NCBI RefSeq assembly: GCF_963921235.1
Contig: NC_086097.1
Coordinates: forward strand, 178,686,001-178,750,000
Direction of reading: 5' to 3'
Source of the DNA: Mobula hypostoma
Lineage: Eukaryota
Length of the DNA stretch: 64,000 bases
Shown piece after piece: positions 47,281 through 59,978 of the stretch (positions within the stretch are counted from its first letter, which is position 1; every line of letters starts with the position of its first letter). The notes under the pieces were generated by a model. That model had not been told where the DNA came from and did no database searches. It saw only the letters and a program-made list of their open reading frames with translations. The position numbers and the translations under genes are program-made.

Positions 47281-50247
47281 ACATAGAAACATAGAAAATA
47301 GGTGCAGGAGTAGGCCATTTGGCCCTTCAAGCCTGCACCGCCATTCAGTATGATCATGGCTGATCATCCAACTCGGAACCCTGTACCAGCCTTCCCTCCA
47401 TGCCCCCTGATCCCTTTAGCCACAAGGGCCATATCTAACTCCCTCTTAAATATAGCCAATGAACTGGCCTCAACTGTTTCCTGTGGCAGAGAATTCCACA
47501 GATTCACCACTCTCTGTGTGAAGAAGTTTTTCCTAATCTCGGTCCTAAAAGGCTTCCCCTTTATCCTCAAACTGTGACCCCTCGTTCTGGACTTCCCCAA
47601 CATCGGGACCAATCTTCCTGCATCTAGCCTGTCCAATCCCTTTAGGATTTTATATGTTTCAATCAGATCCCCCCTTAATCTTCTAAATTCCAACGAGTGT
47701 AAACCTAGTTCATCCAGTCTTTCATCATATGAAAGTCCTGCCATCCCAGGAATCAATCTGGTGAACCTTCTTTGTACTCCCTCTATGGCAAGAATGTCTT
47801 TCCTCAGATTAGGGGACCAAAACTGCACACAATACTCCAGGTGTGGTCTCCCCAAGGCCTTGTACAACTGCAGTAGTACCTCCCTGCTCCTGTACTCGAA
47901 TCCTCTTGCTATAAATGCCAGCATACCATTTGCCTTTTTCACCGCCTGCTGTACCTGCATGCCCACTTTCAATGACTGGTGTATAATGACACCCAAGTCT
48001 CGTTGAACCTCCCCTTTTCCTAATCGGCCACCATTCAGATAATAATCTGTTTTCCTGTTTTTGCCACCAAAGTGGATAACTTCACATTTATCCACATTAA
48101 ATTGCATCTGCCATGAATTTGCCTACTCACCTAACCTATCCAAGTCACCCTGCATCCTCCTCACAGCTAACACTGCCGCCCAGCTTCGTGTCATCCGCAA
48201 ACTTGGAGATGCTGCATTTAATTCCCTCATCCAAGTCATTAAGATATATTGTAAACAACTGGGGTCCCAGCACTGAGCCTTGCGGTACCCCACTAGTCCC
48301 TGCCTGCCATGCTGAAAAGGTCCCGTTTATTCCCACTCTTTGCTTCCTGTCTGCCAACCAATTCTCTATCCACATCAATACCTTACTCCCAATACCGTGT
48401 GCTTTAAGTTTGCACACTAATCTCCTGTGTGGGTCCTTGTCAAAAGCCTTTTGAAAATCCAAATATACCACATCCACTGGTTCTCCCCTATCCACTCTAC
48501 TAGTTACATCCTCAAAAAATTCTATGAGATTCGTCAGACATGATTTTCCTTTCACAAATCCATGCTGACTTTGTCCGATGATTTCACGGCTTTCCAAATG
48601 TGCTGTTATCACATCTTTGATAACTGACTCTAGCAGTTTCCCCACCACCGATGTTAGGCTAACCGGTCTATAATTCCCTGGTTTCTCTCTCCCTCCTTTT
48701 TTAAAAAGTGGGGTTACATTAGCCACCCTCCAATCCTCAGGAACTAGTCCAGAATCTAAAGAGTTTTGAAAAATTATCACTAATGCAGCCACTATTTCTT
48801 GGGCTACTTCCTTAAGCACTCTGGGATGCAGACCATCTGGCCCTGGGGATTTATCTGCCTTTAATCCCTTCAATTTACCTAACACCGCTTCCCTACTAAC
48901 ATGTATTTCCCTCAGTTCCTCCATCTCACCGGACCCTCTGTCCCTTACTATTTCCGGAAGATTATTTATGTCTTCCTTAGTGAAGACAGGACCAAAGTAA
49001 TTATTCAATTGGTCTGCCATGTCCTTGCTCCCCATAATCAATTCACCTGTTTCTGTCTGTAGGGGACCTACGTTTGTCTTAACCAATCTTTTTCTTTTCA
49101 CATAGCTATAAAAGCTTTTACAGTCAGTTTTTATGTTCCCTGCCAGTTTTCTCTCATAATCTTTTTTCCCCTTCCTAATTAAGCCCTTTGACCTCCTCTG
49201 CTGAACTCTGAATTTCTCCCAGTCCTCGGGTGAGCCACTTTTTCTGGCTAATTTGTATGCTTCTTCTTTGGAATTGATACTATCCCTAATTTCCCTTGTC
49301 AGCCATGGGTGCACTACCTTCCTTGATTTATTCTTTTGCCAAACTGGGATGAACAATTGTTGTAGTTCATCCATGCGATCTTTAAATGCTTGCCATTGCA
49401 TATCCACCGTCAACCCTTTAAGTGTCATTTGCCAGTCTATCTTAGCTAATTCACGCCTTATACCTTCAAAGTTACCCTTCTTTAAGTTCAGAACCTTTAT
49501 TTCTGGATTAACTATGTCACTCTCCATCTTAATGAAGAGTTCCACCATATTATGGTCACTCTTACCCAAGGGGCCTCTCACGACAAGATTGCTAATTAAC
49601 CCTTCCTCATTGCTGAATACCCAGTCTAGAATAGCCTGCTCTCTAGTTGGTTCCTCGACATGTTGGTTCAAAAAACCATCTCGCATACATTCTAAGAAAT
49701 CCTTTTCCTCAGCACCCTTACCAATTTGGTTCACCCAATCTACATGTAGATTGAAGTCACCCATTATAATTGCTGTTCCTTTATTGCACACATTTCTAAT
49801 TTCCTGTTTAATACCATCCCCAACCTCACTACTACTGTTAGGTGGCCTGTACACAACTCCCACCAGCGTTTTCTGCCCCTTAGTGTTATGCAGCTCTACC
49901 CATATCGATTCCACATCCTCCCGGCTTATGTCTTTTCTTTCTATTGCGTTAATCTCCTCTCTAACCAGCAATGCCACCCCACCTCCTTTTCTTTCATGTC
50001 TATCCCTGCTGAATATTGAATATCCCTGAATGTTGAGCTCCCATCCTTGGTCACCCTGGAGCCATGTCTCTGTGATCCCAACTATATCATATTCATTAAT
50101 AACAATTTGCACTTTTAATTCATCCACCTTGTTACGAATGCTCCTTGCATTGACACACAAAGCCTTCAGGCGCGCTTTTACAACTCTCTTAGCCCTTATA
50201 CAATTATGTTGAAAAGTGGTCCTTTTTGATGCTTGCCCTGGATTTGC
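47281..50247 (-). mobile_element. Very young CR1 LINE, truncated just upstream of the APE domain
   Basis: aagtaa TSD at 47275-47280 and 50248-50253; (catagaaa)n tail; nearly intact ORF2. Confidence 0.96.
47364..50247 (-). pseudogene. CR1 ORF2 (APE endonuclease + reverse transcriptase) with a single lesion site
   Basis: 671-aa ORF ([39 protein letters not shown]) plus a 247-aa C-terminal ORF; a frameshift and a TAG cluster at about 48120-48155. Confidence 0.9.
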
Positions 50248-51504
50248 AAGTAATGGCCTGCAAACCCTGCCAGCACTGACATGCCTATGATTCCATTTCT
50301 AACTCCAATTGGACTTGTTGTCTTACTCTTAAAATAGCCTCCTGTAAGTTGAACCTGGATTTCTTGTATAGTTCTGGATTACTGGTCTTGAATGCCACAG
50401 ATCTAGCCCTCAGAAGACTGAATCTCCTGATTCATCTATTTTTTTTTGGTTTCAGTAGGTCTGGAATGTCCTTGAAGGTACATGTTCACCCTCACAGGTC
50501 TTGATGCAGTTGGTGACTACTGTGGCATTTTCATTCCAATTCAAAGATGAATCCCTCAAAGCAGTCCTGTATGCTCTCCTCTGCCTTCCTTGATCATGTA
50601 TTCTTGGTCCTCACCGCAGGTGCTGGGGTCTTTAGTCTCTGCCTGCATGCCTGTAGTGGAAGTACTGCCAAGTGATTGGACTATCCAAACTGCGGGGGTG
50701 AGGTGGCACGGTCAGCGTTCTCAATGGTGGCATAACAGTGGTCATATGTGTTGGCTCCTCTGGTTCCACAGGTGACAGGTGGTAGTTGTTCAGAGACTTC
50801 TTCAAGCTGGCCTGGTTGAAATCCCCTGTAATGATAGGGAAGGCATCAGGGTGTGCTTCTTTGTGAGTGCTGGTCGCGGTGCTCAGCTCCTCCAGCGCCT
50901 GTCTGATCTTGGCCAGAGGTGGGGTGTACACCACCACAAGGATGAAGGTAGGAAACTCCCTCAGCAGATAAAATGGATGGCACTTAACTGCTAGGCATAA
51001 CAGGATGGGATCAAAACTACAATGTCTGTGCACCACGATGAGTTAATCATGAATCATACAGCACCTCCTCTACCTTTTCCTGTCTTTGTGGTGGATGGCG
51101 AAGTCCTCGGGCTGCAGCACTGTGTCAGAAATGGTGGGGGTGATTCATATTTCCATGCAGAAAAGTACACAGCACTCTCTGGTGTCCCTCTGGTACTGCA
51201 ATCCTGCCCTGAGGCCTTCAGTTTTATTTTCCAGAGACTACATACGACAGCAGGATAGTCAGCGGGGGAAAGGGTCTAAGGATACTGCATTCAATTGTAC
51301 ATGCAACCCACACTTCCTTTTCATAACGGGGGACTGCACCCACGACCTGAGTCTATCATCTGGGGTCCGTTGGTTTTAAGAATTGATCAAATTTTTAATC
51401 ATCTTAAAACGATTTTGCTTACTGAAATAGCCATGGCTATAAACGGGAATATATGATGATTTCCATCAGAGCTGGACGCAAAGAGTCACCATTTATCAGC
51501 GGCA

Positions 51505-53315
51505 TCTGAGGACAAAAAGTTCTCCCTCAGATTCCCATTAAGTATTTCATTTATCACCTTAAACCTATGACCTCTAATTCTAGTGTCACCCAGCCTGAGG
51601 GGAAAATAGTTGCATACATTCCCGTGATCTACACCCTTCATAATTTTGTATACCTCTATAACATCCAGCGTTCCAGAGAATAAAGTCCAAACCTGAGCTG
51701 CGACCTTTTCACCCAAAGGGTGGGGTGTATATGGAATGAACCGCCAGAGGAAGTGATTAAAACGGGTTATGATAGTATCATTTAAGATTCACTGGGATAG
51801 GTACATGGAGGGGCAGACTTGGAGAGGTGTGAGCCAAACACAGGAAATTGGGACTAGCTGGGTGGGCACCCTGATCAGCATGGACTGATTGGGCCAAAGA
51901 ACCCAGATCCATATTATATTGCTCTTTGGCTCTCTGAAGGAAGGAAAGTTGTTGATGAAGCTGATCTAAGTCGAAGTTGAGTTTATTCCCATATGCATTA
52001 ATTACATATATACATAGGTGCAATGAAAGACTTACTGTAGCCGCATCACTATCACATAGCATCATATAAGCAGCATGCACAAAAAAAATAAACTGAACAT
52101 AAATTAAGCACATTTTTTACAAGAACGTATATAACTAGAACAAAATGAAGTCTGCTTTAGTGCAAAGTGATAACGTGTAGTGTGGTCATTGTGTTACTAA
52201 ACTGCAGTGATCTGGGTTCTGCTGGTTGGTTCAAGAATGTATGGCTGAAGAAAAGTAGCTGTTATTGAACCCCGTGGTGTGGAACTTCAGGCTTCTGTAA
52301 CATCAGTGTACGTTGGTAGTTGAGATCTCAAGGAATGAATTGTCTTGGCTGGAGACTAATTTAAAGTTGTACAGCATAAAAACGGTCCCTTCAATCCACT
52401 GTGTCTATGCTGACCGTCATCCGTATTTAATCGCACTTGCCTGCATTAATTCCCTATCCCTCTGTGCCCTGATCATTCAACTACAGGTATTTGTCTACCT
52501 CCCTCTGAAGTGTTATTACTGTTCCGTCTTCCATGGTAGACACGCCCTGCCACAGGAAACAGACACTGGGTATCTCCTCTGTCTATACCGCTCATGATTT
52601 TAAATACCTCGATCACGTCACCTCACTGACATGTAGGAAAATGAGGAGTGAACTTCTAGAGGCGTGTAAAATCATGAGGGGCACAGAGAGGGTGAATGCA
52701 CATCCAGTTGGTCTGTGCCAACCAAGATGCCCATCTAAGCTCATCCCTTTAACCACCTTTGGGTCATATCCTGAAAAACCTATCCACATAACTGTCCAAG
52801 CCTCTTTGAAATGTTAATGTACCTGCCTCAACCACTTCCCCTGGCATACTGACCACTCTGCAGGAAGAAGTTGCCCCTTAGGGTCCTTTCAAATCTTTCC
52901 CCTCACACCTCAGACCTCTGCTATCTAGTTCTTAACTCCCTTTCCTGGGAAAAAGCCTGTGTGCATGCACCCCATCCATGCTTCTCATGATTTTATACAC
53001 TTCTGCACAGACACCCCTCAATCTCCAACATTCCAATAAGTAAATTCTACCCTGCCCCAACCTTTCCCTATACTCAGTCCCTAGCGTCCAAACAGCATTA
53101 TTATAAATCTCCTCTGCACTCTTTTCAGTTGAGTGGCATCTTTTCTCTAGCAGGATGACCAAATCTGAACACAATATTTCAAATGCGGCCTCACCAACAT
53201 CTTGTACTACTATTGCAACATAATGTCTCAACTCCTGAACTCATTGTTCTGCTCAATGAAGCCCGGTGTGCCAAACAGCCTCTTCGTGGCCTTGCCTACC
53301 TGCGAGGTCACTTTC
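51505..53315. mobile_element. Cluster of short CR1 3' fragments in both orientations plus a Rex1-type tail (51965-52300)
   Basis: IEVYKIMKG..RGHRFK (51540-51670, minus), tggaatgaaccgccagagg (plus), HLKYCVQIWSS/EVYKIMR (52930-53200, minus). Confidence 0.7.
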
Positions 53316-53499
53316 ACTTCATTGTGTGCTGTCTTTGTAATATTAGCTGACAGGCAGTCCTGAGTTGATGCTTCACTCTTAATATTCAGGTACTCCTGCT
53401 GCCACTGTCATGCACAGGAATGATCCTTTAGCTGGATGGCAATAGTAGAGTGAATGATATATTGTGTCTTGAGTCATCATTGAAATTAGGCTCATTAGA

Positions 53500-53950
53500 G
53501 AGCTGCTTCTAATCCACCACCTCTACTAGATAGAGGGACGGGTGCAGCGGAAGCATAGAGAGCTCCAACACGTGAAAGCTGTCCACTGAGCCACACACCA
53601 TCCTGACTTGGAAGTATATTCTCCGTTGCTGCGTCAGAATCCAGGAACAGTAGAGTGGGTGCATTCATACCTCAAGAGCTGCAGTGGTTCAAAAAGGCAG
53701 CTCACCACCCTCTTCTCAGGGGCAGTCAGGGATGGGCTAGTCAAAAACAAGAGAAAATCTGCAGATGCTGGAATTCCACACACAAACCGCTGGAGAAACT
53801 CAGCAGGCCAGGCAGCATCTATGGAAAACAGTACAGTCGAGACCTGAAACATCAACTGTACTTTCTTCCAAAAATACTGCCTGGCTTGATGAGTTCCTCC
53901 AGCATTTTGTATAGGCAAGTCAATGCTGGCTCAGTCACAGTTTCAATGAA
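53500..53950 (+). mobile_element. Old L2/CR1-group LINE 3' end split by a PLE hairpin
   Basis: cacaccatcctgacttggaa..ctgcagtggttcaaaaaggcagctcaccacc..agggatgggc|..|aatgctggc; known chondrichthyan LINE end (from memory). Confidence 0.55.
53745..53913. mobile_element. PLE fold-back insertion with probable 10-bp TSD
   Basis: gctggagaaactcagcaggccaggcagcat..gtacagtcga pairs with tcaactgtac..ctgcctggcttgatgagttcctccagc; ggctagtcaa (53735-53744) and ggcaagtcaa (53914-53923). Confidence 0.75.
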
Positions 53951-53956
53951 TACATT

Positions 53957-54437
53957 AGAATCAGAATCAGAATCAGGTTTATTATCACCAGCACGTGACA
54001 TGAAACTTGTTAACTTGGCAGCAGCAGTTCAATGCAATACATAATCTAGCAGAGAGAGAGAGAGAGAGAAAAATTAATAATAAATAAAATAAACATAATA
54101 AATAAACAAGTAAATCAATTAGGTATGTTGAATAGATTTTTAAAAAAATGTGCAAAAATAGAAATACTGTATATTAAGATAATGAGGCGGTGTCCAAAGC
54201 GTCAATGTCCATTTAGGAATCGGGTGGCAGAGGGGAAGAAGCTGTTCCTGAATCGCTGAGTGTGTGTCTGCAGGCTTCTGTATCTCCTACCTGATGGTAA
54301 CAGTGAGAAAAGGGCATGCCCTGGGTGCTGGAGGTCCTTAATAATGGACACTGCCTTTCTGAGACACCACTCCCTGAAGATGGCCTGGGTACTTTGTAGG
54401 CTAGTACCCAAGATGGAGCTGACTAGATTTACAACTA
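53957..54437 (-). mobile_element. Young Rex1/Babar-type 3' fragment
   Basis: CLRKAVSIIKDLQHPGHALFSLLPSGRRYRSL..RFRNSFFPSA.RFLN; (agaatc)3 tail. Confidence 0.85.
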
Positions 54438-54730
54438 TCCTCAGAACAGAAGGATGTCACTTTAAAACAGAGATGAGGAGGAATTTCTTTAACCAGAGAG
54501 TGATGAATCTGTGAAATCCATCGCCAAATCTGACTTATGAGACCAAGTCATTGAGTATAGTTAAGGCTGACGTTGATAGGTTTTGATTAGTTAAGGGCAT
54601 CAAAGGTTCTGGCGAGAAGGCGGGAGAATGGAGTTGAGAGGGAAAAAATAATTTAGTTATGATCAAATGCCAGAGCAGACTTGATGGACCCAATGTCTTG
54701 ATTCTGGTTGGACATCTTAATGTCTTATGG
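54438..54730 (+). mobile_element. CR1 3' fragment
   Basis: FKTEMRRNFFNQRVMNL. Confidence 0.75.
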
Positions 54731-55330
54731 TGATGGATGAGCTGACAAGATCCCAGAACAGCACCATAGTGGTCAGACTTGTGACACAGATTGACCCCAG
54801 GACACTGAGCTGGGCTTCCCTGTGGGAGCGGGATCTTTTGTATCCACCAATAGAATGTAAACCCTCAGTTTAACTCTTGGCCCAAGAACATCAACCTTAG
54901 GTAGTGGGGAGCAGGCTTCCCACCAAGACGAGCCTGTCAGCATTGCCTCCGTGAACTGATAGCATCACCTCACTGTGAGCTTTTCTGCTGTAGTGTGAAC
55001 GACTCCAGCTCACATTCATTAATCCTTGGCATTTTTGGGAAATAAGTGGGTTAAATAATTCTGCAGCTTTAGAAACTGGGCATTTGCTATTTTTAAACTG
55101 AACAGGGTATGTCACTGGCTTGTCCTCGAAACTCAGAAACTGCAAAGTCTGCTGTTGGCAATTTCTCCAACAAAACTAGGGCAGGGAACTTAATCCGTGC
55201 ATGGGACATATGCATCTCTAACAGGGCTGGTGTTTATTATCCAGCGAGAATAAAGAGTCATAGAGTCACTCAGCAGAGAACCAGGCCCTTCAGCTCAACT
55301 GGTGCAAGATTCCAATCTGAGTTGGCAACC

Positions 55331-55618
55331 CAAGAGATTCTAGAAATCTCGAGCAACATAAATAAAATGCTGGAGGAATTTAGTAATTCAGGTAGCATCA
55401 ATGGAAGGGCGTAAACAGCATCTGTAGAATCTCTTGCATTTATGATTAACCGCTCCATCGTGAAGTCTCTTTGTGATTCAATGAGACCCTCTCTCATTTC
55501 TCCCCCTCTATCATCTCTGCTCCTTAACAAGTCTTCAACCATGTACTCTGTCGATTGTTTACTTCCCTCCACAGACGTTGCCTAACTTGCTAAATTCCTC
55601 CAGCATTTTGTGCATGCT
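55331..55618. mobile_element. Rearranged PLE termini (inverted pair) in a CR1 tail
   Basis: aaaatgctggaggaatttag (55365-55385) and ctaaattcctccagcatttt (55590-55609). Confidence 0.6.
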
Positions 55619-55808
55619 GTTCCCATCTAAATTAGTCCTCTATGCCACATTTGACTCATAATCCCTCTAAACCATTCTTTTTCATGAACCTAAGTGTCTT
55701 TTAAATGCCTCTAGCACAGGTGTGTGATGGGGGTGGAGAGTGGTTTTCAGAAAGAGGACAAATACAGACCAGTGGAGGATTGAAAGGAGAGAGAGTTGGG
55801 GAGAGGGT

Positions 55809-57840
55809 GAATCAGAATCAGGTTTAATATCACCAGCATACGTTGTGAAATTTGTTGTTTTGCAGCAGTAGTATACTGCAATGCAGAATAATAACAACTA
55901 CAAATTGCAATAAGAAGTATATATAAAAGAAGTTAAATTAAGTAAATTGAGCAAAAGGGAAAAAATACTGAGATAGTGTTCATGGGTTCATTGTCCATTC
56001 AGAATTCTGATGGCTGAGGGGAAGAAGCTGTTCCTGAATCGCTGAGTGTGTGTTTTCAGGCTCCTGTACCTCCTGCTAGATGGTAGCAATCAAAGGAAGG
56101 CATGCACTGGGTGATAAGGGTCCTTGATGATGGGTGCTGCCTTTTTGAGGCACTGCCTTTTGAATGTGTCCTCAATTGTGCGGGGTAGGGGGGGAGGCTT
56201 TTGCTTATGATGGAGCTGACTGAGCTTACGAATTTCTGCAGCTTTTGTCTGATCCTGTGCAGTGGCCCCTCCATACCAGGCGGTGCTGACAATTAGAATG
56301 CTCTCCACAGTACAACTGTAGACATTTGCCAAGTCTTTGATGACATACTAATTCTCCTCAAACTCCTAATGAAATATAGCTGCTGTCGTGCCTTCTTTGT
56401 AATTGCATTAATATGTTGGGCCCAGGATAGATTCTCAGACATGTCGACACTCAGGAACTTAAGGCTGTTTATCCTTGCCATTTCTGATCCCTAGACGGGG
56501 ACTGGTGTGTGATCTCTTGACTTCCCCTGAAGTCCACAATCAATTCCTTGGTCTTACTGACATTGAGTGTGAGCTTGTTGCTGCAACGCCACTCAACCAG
56601 CTGATCTATATCACTCCTGAACGCCTCCTCGTCACCATCTGGAAATCTTACCAATGGTTGTGTTACCAGCAAATTTATGGATGGTGTTCGAGTTGTGCCT
56701 AAACTCACAGTCATGGGTTTAGAAAGGGTAGGACAGTGGACTAAGCACACATCCTTGAGGTGCACCAGTGTTGATTGTCAGTGAGGGGGAGGTGTTATTT
56801 CCAATCCACACTGGCCATGGTCTCCTGGTGAGGAAGTCAAAGATCCAGTTGCAGAGGAAGGTACAGAGGCCCAGGTTTTGGAGCTGGTTGATTAGAATGG
56901 AGGATATGATTCTGTTGAACGCTGAGCTGTAGTTAATAAACAGCAGTCTGATGTAGATTTTACTATTGTTCAGGTGACCCCAGTCTGAGAGGAAAGCCAG
57001 TGAGATTACATCTGCTGTACACACATATTATGGCATTACGGAAATCACAGCAGGTCCACATCCTTGCTTAGGCAGGAGCTGATTCTGGCCATCACTGACC
57101 TCTCAACACACTTCATCACAGCAGATTGCAACCAAACAATAGTCACTGGGGCAGGTCACCCTCTTCTTCATGGGCATTGATATGTGAGACAATGAGGATG
57201 TCCTTGAACATTCCTGGCATTTGGTTGGCACAGATTATCAATGCACTACCAGCTACACCGTCAGAGCCTGACGCCTTGAGAGGGTTCACCCTCTTGAATG
57301 ACATTCTGATGGCGGTCACCGAGACAAAGATCACACAGTCATCAGCTGCTTCAGGAATTCTCACAGATGAAGTTTATTCTCCCTTTCAACGCGTGCATTA
57401 AAGGCATTGAGCTCATCCGGGAATGAGGCATCGCACCCTTTCATGATGTTAAGTTTCGCTTTGTAGCAAGTAATGGCCTGCAAATCCTAGCGGCGCTGAT
57501 TTGCATCGGAATTCAACTCTGACCTCAATTTGAATTGTTTTATTGCCTTAAAATAGCCTTCCGTAGGTTGTATCTGGACTTCTTGTATAGTTCTGGATCA
57601 CTGGTCTTAAATGCCATTGATTGGGCCCTCTTGGCCCTCGGTAGATTACAGATCTCCTGATTCATCCATGGCTTTTGGTTTGGGTATGTCTGGTATGTTC
57701 CTGAGGGTACACACTCATTCACACAGGTCTTGATGAAGTCAGTGACAACTGCGGCGTGTTCATTCAGACTCGAAGATGAATCCTTGGATATTGTCCAATC
57801 CACTGACTTAAAGCAGTCCTGTAAGCGCTCCTCTGTCTCC
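55809..57840 (-). mobile_element. Rex1/Babar-type LINE, long decayed fragment
   Basis: LQDCF.SVDW, YPNQKPWMN, KASGSDGV, NYSSAFN.I, TGAPQGCVLSP, KTKELIVDF, CTVESIL; homologous to 45637-50600. Confidence 0.88.
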
Positions 57841-57884
57841 CTTGAGGAGGTGATGGGAAGGAGCAGGAAAACACAGGAGGGCAG

Positions 57885-58125
57885 GGTTACTTCAAGGCTC
57901 ATGTCATTGGGTTGTAGGCTGCCCAGACAGAACTGAGGTGTTGCTCATCCAGTTTCGGTCAGGCCTCACTATGGCAGTGGAGAAGCTCGAGGATGAACAT
58001 CTGTGGGGTTGGAACAGGAAGTGGAATTGGAGTGGCGTGTAACTGGGAGCATGGGGTGGCCATTGCTCTGTGAACTGGTTGCCCAGTTTTCCTTGACCTT
58101 GCTGATGTAGAGGAGATCATATCTT
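57885..58125 (-). pseudogene. Penelope GIY-YIG endonuclease remnant
   Basis: Across frameshifts: LLYISKVKE, LPVTRHSNSTS, LLHCHSEA, KLDEQHL, LGSLQPNDM; matches the PLE pattern LLYIGET..LPVA.HFNS..LLHC..LEEQHL..LG.LQP.GMN. Confidence 0.65.
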
Positions 58126-58334
58126 GATAATGACAAAGAAAGACTGACAAACACCAATGTGCAAAAGAAGACAAACTGCAAATAAAAATGATACTGAGAA
58201 CATGAGTTGTAAAGAGACCTTGGAAGTGAGTCTGTATGTCGTAGAATCAGTTCAGAGTAGTGGTGAATGAAGTTATCCACACTAGTTCAGGAGCCTGATG
58301 GTTTTCTGAACCTGGTGGTAAGGGAGATCTGTCC

Positions 58335-58930
58335 ACGTTGATGCAATTACAGAGAAGGCATGCCATTAGACATTAGGAGTTTGAGGAGATTTGTTATGTC
58401 ACCAAAGACTGTTGCAAATTTCTACGGATGTAGCATGGAGAGCATTCTAATTGGTTACATCACCAGTTGGTATGGAAGAGCCAATGCACAGGATTGGAAA
58501 GAGCAACAGAAAGTTACAACCTTAGCCAGCTCCATAATGGGCGCTCACTTTCCCAGTATCGATGACATTTTCAAAAGGCGATGCCTGAAAAAGCAGCATC
58601 CATCAATAAGGACTCCCATTACCCAGGATATTTCCTCTTTTTGTCACTATCATTAGGAAGGAAGTACGAGAGCTGAAGATACACACTCAACATCTTAGAA
58701 ACAACTTCTACCCCACCACCTTCATATTTCTGAACAGCCAATGAACCAACGCATGAAAACTACCTCACTATTTTTGTTCTCTTTTTGCACTCTTTATTGA
58801 ATTTAATTTTGTTACATGTAATTCTTATTGCAATTTATAGTATTTTTGTGTACTGCTCTGTAATGCTGCCACAAAACAACAAATTTGACAACATACTCAA
58901 TGTCAGTGATAAAGAACCTGATTCTGATTT
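58335..58930 (+). mobile_element. Rex1/Babar-type 3' fragment
   Basis: IRSLRRF.MSPKT.ANFY.C.MESIL.G.ITSWYG; (tgattc) tail. Confidence 0.8.
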
Positions 58931-58939
58931 CGATGTGAA

Positions 58940-59525
58940 CGTACTCAGTGGTGGGGAGGGATTCACCTCCCTGTCATCGAGTATGTTGATGGACGGGGCT
59001 GTATCCACTACTTTCTGGAGCTTTCTCTGGTCTTGAGCATTGGTGTTTCTGTACCAGACCATACCACAGCCATTTAGAATACTCTCCACTGTACTTCTAC
59101 AGAGGTTTGTCAAAGTTTCAAGGACATAATGAATTTATGCAAACATTTAATAAAGTGGCAATGCTGTCATACCTTTTTAAAATGCAGAATACAGAAGTAC
59201 ATAGAATAAAATTCATAATCAGTTTTTTTATTATTCAGAAGTGCACGTTGGTTCAAAAACTGAATGGCTAAAGGGAAGTAACTGTTCTTGAGCCTGGAGA
59301 TGTGGGACTTCAGGCTTCTGTACCTGCTCTCTGACAGCATGGCCCAGGTGCTGAGGTTCATTGATGATGGATGTTGCCTTCTTGGGACAACACCTCTTAT
59401 AGAGATTCCCTGTGGTGGGGAAGGATATGCCTGCAATGTATTGAGCTGAATCTGCTACTCTTTGCAGCTCTTCACGTTCCTGCGTATTCGAGTTGCCATA
59501 CCAGACAATGATGCAACCGGTCCAG
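58940..59525 (-). mobile_element. Two Rex1/Babar-type fragments
   Basis: STVESILNGC..WY and GCIIVWYGNSN..ELQRV..RLKNSYFP. Confidence 0.75.
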
Positions 59526-59534
59526 ATAATGGGA

Positions 59535-59815
59535 TTACGAGATGAATAGATAGGGTAGGCAGTGTCTGTCTCTCTATGGTCTAAAACAAAAGGGCAGAGT
59601 ATTAAAATGAGAGGGAGGAGGTTTGAAATGGACCTGAGGGGGAATCTTTTCACACAAAGACTTACCTGGTATCTGGAATGAGCTGCTGGTGAAGGTGGTG
59701 GAGTAAGAACAGTGCCGAGATTTAAGAAGCACCGAGACAGGTACTTGATGAGTCAGTCATAGAGGGAGGTGGAATTAATGTAGCTGTAATGGTTGGCATA
59801 GACAATGATGAGTCA
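59535..59815 (+). mobile_element. CR1 3' fragment
   Basis: gacctgagggggaatcttttcacaca..tggaatgagctgc. Confidence 0.65.
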
Positions 59816-59829
59816 ATGGGCTTTTAGCC

Positions 59830-59978
59830 ACCTCTTCTCACCCCTCCTTCCCGCCTTTTTGAGTTGATCATCTCCCATCTCAAATTTCCGTCTCAACCCC
59901 AAACACCAACAATTACTTTGCCTGCACAGACGCTGCCTGTCCCACAGAGTTCCTCCAGCATTCTGCTTTCGCTTGCAG
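59830..59978 (+). mobile_element. Old PLE 3' terminus
   Basis: tctcaaccccaaacacc..cacagacgctgcctg..gagttcctccagcattctg. Confidence 0.55.

Larger units (their letters stand above)
45637..51500 (-). mobile_element. Near full-length decayed Rex1/Babar-type LINE interrupted by a young CR1
   Basis: APE-region AVKCHPFYLLREF..VYTPP, GDFNQA; KA.APD.VP, NQLAGVFKDI, TGAPHG.VL.P, KFADGT, RFRNSFFPSAI; (gaatca) tail at 45637. Confidence 0.85.

Noticed and set aside
49253..50029. 258-aa + strand ORF, and other ORFs antisense to LINEs (e.g. 37470-37796, 37974-38360, 5013-5381)
   Set aside because: Antisense shadows of intact LINE ORFs with no independent protein motifs
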